Shown here: positions 58,901 to 64,000 of the stretch, piece by piece | How positions within the stretch are numbered: the first letter of the stretch is position 1 | Layout of the letters: each line of letters begins with the position of its first letter | IMG/VR virus record: IMGVR_UViG_3300021356_000010 | Location: 17,721-81,720 of that record | From: a virus | Reading direction: 5' to 3' (one strand) | DNA: 64,000 bases | Program-made: the position numbers and the translations under genes | The notes under the pieces: generated by a model | What the model was told of the DNA's origin: nothing | The model's database searches: none | What the model saw: only the letters and a program-made list of their open reading frames with translations

Positions 58901-61900
58901 AACATACTTACCAGTAACCTCATCGAAACGAGGACGTGGAACGAGTCTGACTGCAGTTCCAGTCTCAAAGTCATGGGGGTTAGATGTACCAATGCCGCTA
59001 GTATCGATTGTGAATACAGTTGCTCTAGCAGCAAGGGTAACACTATTAACAGTTGGTTCTTGTCTTGTTACACTACCAACACCAGTGTTGATAATGGTTG
59101 TGATCGCATCAGTTAGAGTTTCGATAGCGTTAGTAACACCAGCACACTCAACACTACCAGGAGCAGTGGTTGTATCTTGAATTACATCTGGATTGCTGGA
59201 AGCAGGTCCAACTACTACAGTCTTAGGTAGAGTATCTGCCCAAGTTCCTTGCTCGAAGGTGAAGTAGAGGTCAGTAGTTGTGCTATTTTGTAGTGCGTTT
59301 TGAGTATCACCAGTGTCTAGTCTAGATCCTACAACACCCAACTCAATCTGAGTATTGCTTACAATCTTCTTAACGTAAGTTCCTTCTGGAATGTTGGAAT
59401 AAACAGCGGTTGCTCCTGGTTGTAGCAGACCATCAACATAATCTGTGCTGAGATATTCAACAACACTCATACCGATTAGAATACCACGAGTGTCTCCAAC
59501 ATCAACGATAGCAGAACCAATTGTTGTGGAACAGTTGAATGCAAGGAAGTCGAAGTTTCTCATGGCAGCAGTTGCCATCTGTCCGACATAATCCCATGCA
59601 TCTAGAGTCTCTGTCTTCTCACCATCGATATAATCGAGTTGGTTACCAACAAAGTATGCCTCTGCTGCCTGAACACAAGCGATGTTTCCACCCAATCTCA
59701 AGTCATTGACAATACCATCAACGATGTATGTTACATCACGGAAGCACTTAGATGCCTCATTGTTGAGGGTAAAGTCTCCTTGGTTGAGAACAGGTAGTTC
59801 GCCAAGAGTATTGCCGATGATTGCATCACTAGCAATATCGTAGAGAGATTCGATTGTAGAACGTACATTAGCACAATCCCACTCACCACTATCAATAATT
59901 GGCAGAGCATCTAGGTCTCCAGCATAGAGAGTATCAACAACAATACTTACAAGAGTATCGATAGTTGCCAATACATCAGAGCAATTGCCTATAGTATATG
60001 CGGTTGGTTGTGGTGTAGCAGTTCTAGTGATTCCATTGAGGTTACCAACACCAGCATCAGTACCGATTGCCTGAATGATAATACCGAAGAGAGTATCAGT
60101 AGCAGCAACTGCAGAACCACACTGTGGTAGTGGAGCATCGTCATCATCCCAGTCATCAGTTTGAGTAAAGTCAAAGACCTGAGTCTCTGTGTGACCAGCA
60201 GAAACAGATACAGTTTCGTTATTGATAACTTGGATAGCAATGTTCTTTGCTTCGAGGAATACCTTAGCAGCTTCATCACGCTCAGCATCGATGAATGTCT
60301 CTACTACTTGACCTTCGAAGATGTTAGTTACATATACTTCAGCAGCATCGTAAGTCTTATCATTGCCACCAAACTTGACGTTATAAGCAATCTGATCTAG
60401 TACATCATAAACATCATCTAGGCAGTCTTGCTTAGTGTTACCAGTCTGAGGAGTGTATGATGGATAAGCAGCAAGCATACGCTCATATGCTTCAGCAGCA
60501 ATAAACTTCTTGTTATCAAGAATAGAGATAGAAGCGTTAGAGTGAATGTCAGCGAATACTGGAGGATCGCCAGTCTGATCTAGTGTGATGGTTAGATCGC
60601 GATCATAGTATTGGTTATTGACAGCACGGTTCATTAGATCCTGTGCTCTTCTAAATGCTGTGATCGAAGGAGCAACTTCGTTATCAACACCGTTGGAGAT
60701 TAGGACAGTGCCATCATTTGCATCGAAGTATTCTTTCGTTGCTGCAATAGTAAATTCGTTACCACCAAACCAGAGGTCTTGTGCAACTGCATCAACAATG
60801 TGACCGATATCTCTACGACACTTAGTCTCGCCTGCGAGGAGAGTTCCTGCGTTCTCTGCTGGCAGACTGTCTAGAGATGGTGTTGGTTGTCCTTGGAATA
60901 CATCAGTTACGATAGATACCAAGTTAGAGATTGCTGATTGTACATCAGAACAAGCAGTAGAATCAGTGTTACCAACGACTCCATTGCCATCTCCATACTC
61001 AGATTCACCTGGGGTGACAGTAAGATCCTTGTAGTATAGACCATTAGTAACTGCCTTCTGCATCTCAATAGAAGCAGCGTCAAAAGCGGTTACACTTTCT
61101 GCCTCTTCACCAAGCAATCCATTAGGAAGCTGTGTGCTAGAGTCAGAGAAATACTGCTGTACATATGTTCTCGTGTGCTTGTTTCCACCAACAAACATAT
61201 CAACAGAGATAGCATCAATGAAATAGTTGATATCTCTGTAGCACTTTAACTCACCATTTACAAGTGTTCCTTTGTTGAGTTCAATAGGAACACTGCTTAG
61301 GTTGCCATCGATAATAATAGTATTAACGATAGTGGTTAGAGTATCAATAGCAGACTGAACATTAGCACAGGAAGCAGGATCTGTATTAGAACCAGTTAGA
61401 GGATCTGCTGTAATGGTTAGGTCTGTTACTGTGAGTTGGTTTGCAACTGCCAACTTCATCTGTGCTGCTGCTTGGGTGAAAGCAACAGAAGATGAACTTT
61501 CTTCATCAACCAATCCGTTACTGATTGGATCGCCATTTACATCAAAATACTCAGCAGCAAATCTATATGCATACTCATTGCTACCTAGGAAGACATCGAG
61601 TGAGATAGCATCAATGAAATATCCAATGTCTCTCTTACACTTGGTCTCATAATTTGCTGGTAGAGGAGATGGTGGATTGTTTGCATTCATGTAATTGAAT
61701 GCACTTAGTATAATCTCATCCTTGTTTAGTTGAATCAAACGATAAGCATCAGCAAATCTTGATCCAGTATCTGTCTGCTGATCACCAGGGAAGTAGAAGT
61801 CAGGATGGTTTAGTGCAATAGCAGCAAGAGCTTTATCAGCAATTTCTTTGCTGTTGCGACGAATTAGTCTAAATCCATCAGCATAACGTGACTGTTCATT

Positions 61901-63991
61901 GCTCTGTGTATCACCAGGGATGTAGAAGTCTGGATGATATACAGCGATCTCTGCTAATGCTCCGTCAAGGATAAAGTCGCGGTTAGCAACAATACGGTTG
62001 CGACCATCCTTGTTACGACCTGCAGGATCCTGTGTGTTGGCAGCATCAACAGTTACACCATTATCTGTTAGTCCTGCCTCTTCAGCTTCGGAACCAGTGT
62101 AACCAACACCTACACCGTAACCAGCAAGATCGCTGTTAGGATTAGGATCATAGATATCTGCTTTGACTTGTAATAGGTTAGCAATTGCTTTCTTACAGAG
62201 ATCTCTTGATCTATTGAATGCCCAGAGGATTTCGTCTTCTTGTCCAACAAAAGAAGCAAGAGTTCCAGCACCATTAAAGTATTCTTTTACCTTACCAATG
62301 GTGTTAGCATTACCACCATCTCTCAAGTCTTCTGCAACAGCATCAACAATCTCACCAATATCAACCTTATTGATAGTTGTAGCTGGATATGTTACTACAG
62401 TTGATGCATATGCAGTGTCAATGATCTCTTGACGGTTAGCAATGATTAGATCGCGACCATCGAAGTAGCGGTTTGCATTTGGATTTAGACCAGGATTGAC
62501 ATAAGAAATGTTTCTAAGTCTTGGATACTTCTCAATGATATAACCGAAGACTTCCTCCTGAATCATGCGACGGTTGCTTTCAATTAAGTTAGCAGCGTCT
62601 GCACTTACGTTATCAATTGCTAAACCAGATGGATTTAGAATAGAACCCTTTGCAATATACTTGACATAACCCGTTGGGTTAAGTGTTACATTGAACAACT
62701 GAGATCCACCTGATTGAATAGGATCTAGTTTTACATAGAGTTTGTCATCTGTCTTAGCACCAAGTCTGTAACCACTGATAGCAACAGCAGGACGATCTGC
62801 TGGGGTGATGATATCATCACTACCCAAGAACAACTTGGTGTAGTTTGCTGCATTCTGTGTGGTTCCAGTAATATCTACTGTATAGTAGTTGATTTTCTCA
62901 ATAGTATCAGTATTCTCTTCTACCTGTTGAGGTGGAATGATGTCAGTAATATAACCTGCCTTATCTTGGTTAAAGGAGAATCCTTTGAAACCAATAGCGT
63001 GAAGTGATGTATTACCGAAGTTAGAGTTCGAGTTGGTGATAGACATGTCACCACCTGACTCCATCAGGAAGTGATCAGCGAAACCAACAGCGAAGATAGA
63101 AACGTTTTGGATGAATGCATCTTCTGATGCACGGACGTGGAAGTTTCTCCAGTCATCCTTCCAGTAAGAATCACCCTTAGCGTGGTAAGGAACCGTTGCA
63201 AATGCATCTACTAGTGATGCTTGGTTCCAAGTGTTGGAATACTCGTCATAACGGATGAATGCTCTATCGTCCTTCTGCAACGAAACACCCGTGTATTGAG
63301 CGATAACCATCGACTTAAAGCCTGTTGCCTTAAGACCGTTCGCCCAGATACCACAAATACCCCACGTAGAACGAATAGAGCAGTTAAAGACATATGGTGA
63401 TGCAGACTCAACAGAATCAACCTCAGCAAGAGTCTGTGCATTCTGTCCTAGTGCAGGTGTAGTTAATTGACTAATTAACTGACCAGACACCAAGTTTTGT
63501 CCAATTGCACTTACAACAATTGGTACTTCATATGTAAATTTACGAGGATCGTTAGGATCGATCTCCTTAATTGGGAAGAATCCTTCCAGTACGTCATCAA
63601 TCTCTGTGTTAGAGATAGAAACAAACTGACCTGCAAAGTATCCATGATCAACCTTAGTCGTTACTTCAACTTCTGCTGTAGAAGCAGGGATGGTTGGATC
63701 AGTTGTTGCATCAGTAAGTTTGAGACTTTCAATAACTCTAGAGTCAGAAAGAGGACCAACAATTCTGTTCTCTTGGATGTTGAAATCGAACTCACCTGGG
63801 TCATCAATCGTTGGTTGATAACCAGCGAATGCCTTTGCAATCTTTCTGTAGAATAGAGACAACTCTTCTGTGTCTGCGTATTCAAATACAGTTAGTTTGT
63901 GGTGAGAATAGTTAGGTGCTGCTTTCTTGGTGAAGTCATTAGGATCATAATAAACCTCACCAGTTCCTGCTGCACCATTATAAAGAGGAGA
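52934..63991 (-). CDS. Giant tail/virion structural protein (>3640 aa) with six nested phycobiliprotein-like domains; 5' end uncertain
   Basis: Frame is open from 63991; VESASPYVFNCSIRS.WG..G...G.KATGFKSMV.AQYTG; ELRRPSI.RAGNHTFEY.GFGPGNYST; C-terminal KLPANPSNGDMVRIID resembles T4 gp34/gp9-type modules. Confidence 0.85.
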   Translation of the reverse strand, partial: SPLYNGAAGTGEVYYDPNDFTKKAAPNYSHHKLTVFEYADTEELSLFYRKIAKAFAGYQPTIDDPGEFDFNIQENRIVGPLSDSRVIESLKLTDATTDPTIPASTAEVEVTTKVDHGYFAGQFVSISNTEIDDVLEGFFPIKEIDPNDPRKFTYEVPIVVSAIGQNLVSGQLISQLTTPALGQNAQTLAEVDSVESASPYVFNCSIRSTWGICGIWANGLKATGFKSMVIAQYTGVSLQKDDRAFIRYDEYSNTWNQASLVDAFATVPYHAKGDSYWKDDWRNFHVRASEDAFIQNVSIFAVGFADHFLMESGGDMSITNSNSNFGNTSLHAIGFKGFSFNQDKAGYITDIIPPQQVEENTDTIEKINYYTVDITGTTQNAANYTKLFLGSDDIITPADRPAVAISGYRLGAKTDDKLYVKLDPIQSGGSQLFNVTLNPTGYVKYIAKGSILNPSGLAIDNVSADAANLIESNRRMIQEEVFGYIIEKYPRLRNISYVNPGLNPNANRYFDGRDLIIANRQEIIDTAYASTVVTYPATTINKVDIGEIVDAVAEDLRDGGNANTIGKVKEYFNGAGTLASFVGQEDEILWAFNRSRDLCKKAIANLLQVKADIYDPNPNSDLAGYGVGVGYTGSEAEEAGLTDNGVTVDAANTQDPAGRNKDGRNRIVANRDFILDGALAEIAVYHPDFYIPGDTQSNEQSRYADGFRLIRRNSKEIADKALAAIALNHPDFYFPGDQQTDTGSRFADAYRLIQLNKDEIILSAFNYMNANNPPSPLPANYETKCKRDIGYFIDAISLDVFLGSNEYAYRFAAEYFDVNGDPISNGLVDEESSSSVAFTQAAAQMKLAVANQLTVTDLTITADPLTGSNTDPASCANVQSAIDTLTTIVNTIIIDGNLSSVPIELNKGTLVNGELKCYRDINYFIDAISVDMFVGGNKHTRTYVQQYFSDSSTQLPNGLLGEEAESVTAFDAASIEMQKAVTNGLYYKDLTVTPGESEYGDGNGVVGNTDSTACSDVQSAISNLVSIVTDVFQGQPTPSLDSLPAENAGTLLAGETKCRRDIGHIVDAVAQDLWFGGNEFTIAATKEYFDANDGTVLISNGVDNEVAPSITAFRRAQDLMNRAVNNQYYDRDLTITLDQTGDPPVFADIHSNASISILDNKKFIAAEAYERMLAAYPSYTPQTGNTKQDCLDDVYDVLDQIAYNVKFGGNDKTYDAAEVYVTNIFEGQVVETFIDAERDEAAKVFLEAKNIAIQVINNETVSVSAGHTETQVFDFTQTDDWDDDDAPLPQCGSAVAATDTLFGIIIQAIGTDAGVGNLNGITRTATPQPTAYTIGNCSDVLATIDTLVSIVVDTLYAGDLDALPIIDSGEWDCANVRSTIESLYDIASDAIIGNTLGELPVLNQGDFTLNNEASKCFRDVTYIVDGIVNDLRLGGNIACVQAAEAYFVGNQLDYIDGEKTETLDAWDYVGQMATAAMRNFDFLAFNCSTTIGSAIVDVGDTRGILIGMSVVEYLSTDYVDGLLQPGATAVYSNIPEGTYVKKIVSNTQIELGVVGSRLDTGDTQNALQNSTTTDLYFTFEQGTWADTLPKTVVVGPASSNPDVIQDTTTAPGSVECAGVTNAIETLTDAITTIINTGVGSVTRQEPTVNSVTLAARATVFTIDTSGIGTSNPHDFETGTAVRLVPRPRFDEVTGKYVDVDKRLIRLPNGFETNRTYYVIAPGRRTQPEDYSNTTFFNGSDQTKLMLATSKENAAAGIYIYASETEGIDPNVEIDIYQFLTDDSYDLHKYGCNLTNTVNAGIETDVSNIFDVPFASVTPQKVFFRAVTGGTLPAVSTTFENDSDVAVTDPNDANLGKINPVKEFFARYQNNKVFTIHKTHADAINNVNPIQFGSGQTSIEFEVYANKRRSPVRFDPGFTDTATDSGKWFIQCKDEVSSQPDSVKQSNIFWRIHQSDYADRPKTTDMWFERVKDDRDKDERTYKIRYVIPKYLENARDPINGFVLKTRTDDTRKLVPQKLLLKPVTGSVYGARFSNPVQADEYIGYTRQDFADNNLNLDAAYDPYKKDLTGSGINYIQYAKFASGIQASIQSGRYVEDTLDPTIKYLELTVFDHAVDAINFPGLRNEVFTTVKITAPQGGDFTVSKTQSVPANEVAFTGNSSGLANIHAYYSVGGDHYLIIKNIRGGKLEYSEYYDTRFTQGAVFADMLEDQDMGKSLPLKTLIRKNYPEYYYKQNGANVYTITPGDRIQDSAGVEYYVDSVEDAGVIEDTFYIFGYETLQRRIAGQQDGIYYLTALRGNVSPFPTGAGVAENFKKFKFSQPVSRLYPLNYKNDPLWFKKNGTSNKEKAYYELLIDPPSTFSAADNYIHGLVTTNDYKNSVTKELVEDLFDQPAFINNEYTNTTSDGNGNVIDNRVRAQEGNATSGSEDRRIPISGDSTVMSDQRYYVELRRPSIARAGNHTFEYLGFGPGNYSTGLPARQEIVLTPEEDFYAQSKKQDAGIVFYTGINSQGDLYIGNRRINAITGEETFIDAAILEDDGDDEDVVGGLVTTFDTPVTFNQNITVVGGDGQLVNTFESPILIAVQDEDLSQERHSLIIRSYVSSIDPVTFEQQDESLDRTGWLPDPSRGDIRIGKNRIQSAIFGFNSRGQGQEYKFLTHTIGGVPSNLSPNQSPEVPADPNAPIEGSRVFPEQLVNYNGVIPRSGDVLFKGSEVGSTGSMGWILSNYFTNIANTSIGNIIFDDTNVVKITFVDFTSGLDITCSELGITSASQIRFKNFYPEPSINLTWTIYSPPGDAFSGNNNYLHFQAIDAVGAQTLVWDTVVSNATGDAPTVEFSNSNWKELGVIGAEAIRTETEYWGDFKVGVNTIARTPWESAKTAWTDPLFTEPRANFDVVGNTFISGKKVLNFLKEGLQFRTLTNQDHALLVGGDSESPEDIAAFRISTTPGPIGQGRMSVNATLGQLNSIGTDHVIIGSTNITGNLQINGGLEIFVGDFDTTSGTLDMMETPETVRFIMNASNIQFANESTNTETMSFDFGNYAQTQTLTFGDQSEVTTLNIHRNSQDSTIDIGTVSNLDDSYSSTITIGGAFSSSSSQLTIQNKNISLDGDVEVGSGYTAGSGTGRLFSLNSRFEFLTASGGPSTVRLATTASTLDIGGVGGTTTINNALYVKARADFDGDIQQNGGLNAGGVNIVRGVFGTPVAGQPAGGLPDNFNLDLYKKIDIGGKTLDTQGVANMPASEEFVRLSSNSVGQILLGDYLLIASGTDAQETASELVRVIELTNLSDVTDPEGIRVKVERGVDGTTAGVHADNTPIFRIEKSENVSYSKEELTNVDTQLETAEFGGSLRTGDYIRINDNEFLKIESLITSLTSTQKFTINDGGDPAVVTFQVESTTGNTFIRGTCDIFDTTTIHGSTAPGDQKLIITDGDTVPTVVFDVDSAQGNTRILGDLSVGAGFDKFLVEDDTGNTTIKGGNFIIRDAADTNNRLHFSNNLGKLEIAGEYFSNGLGENTFAGDLVLNGGNLTVNSNGTKIFKVQDNGTVDLGGIEYFYGPTGARRWDYITIAGGDAGVITPNINYFTNATGDLYVKLPANPSNGDMVRIIDLGGNLKYDLKLIIRASTGTPIQGDATNIAADVTGVDLSQHNGGELVVTTPNAAFGLVYAGPINNDGGASNVPSTAVGWWLMEI

Positions 63992-64000
63992 TTATGATGT

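Noticed and set aside
341-63856. Numerous plus-strand ORFs of 60-227 aa
   Set aside because: They are antisense shadows of long minus-strand genes, with biased composition and no motifs or promoters.
47072-63991. Diversity-generating retroelement or invertase acting on the fibres
   Set aside because: No reverse transcriptase or recombinase ORF, and no template/variable repeat pair was seen in this window.
1-64000. Apparent scarcity of CCGG/GGCC as a clue to the R-M target
   Set aside because: This is only an impression and was not counted; such avoidance could equally reflect host restriction systems.

Overview
A 64-kb segment of a T4-like myovirus, most likely a marine Synechococcus/Prochlorococcus cyanomyovirus (inferred from gene order and recalled protein families). 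Essentially all credible genes are on the minus strand. Reading right to left: a giant (>3,600 aa) tail/structural protein, three tail-collar fibre genes, a cluster of four 2OG-Fe(II) oxygenases with a tail-assembly-chaperone-like gene, a ~12-kb early island of small genes with repeated promoter cassettes (including a putative restriction endonuclease plus N6A/N4C methyltransferase and a candidate replication origin), then a PAAR spike and the baseplate module gp25-gp6-gp7-gp8-VrlC and further fibres. The most striking signal is eight copies of a phycobiliprotein-like (globin-fold) helical domain, six in the giant tail protein and two in gp7. They retain C-x-R-D and beta-155-like cysteines and nest inside one another like brackets. 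Another virion protein carries a complete type-1 (plastocyanin-like) copper ligand set. All family assignments come from motifs read by eye; no database searches were run.
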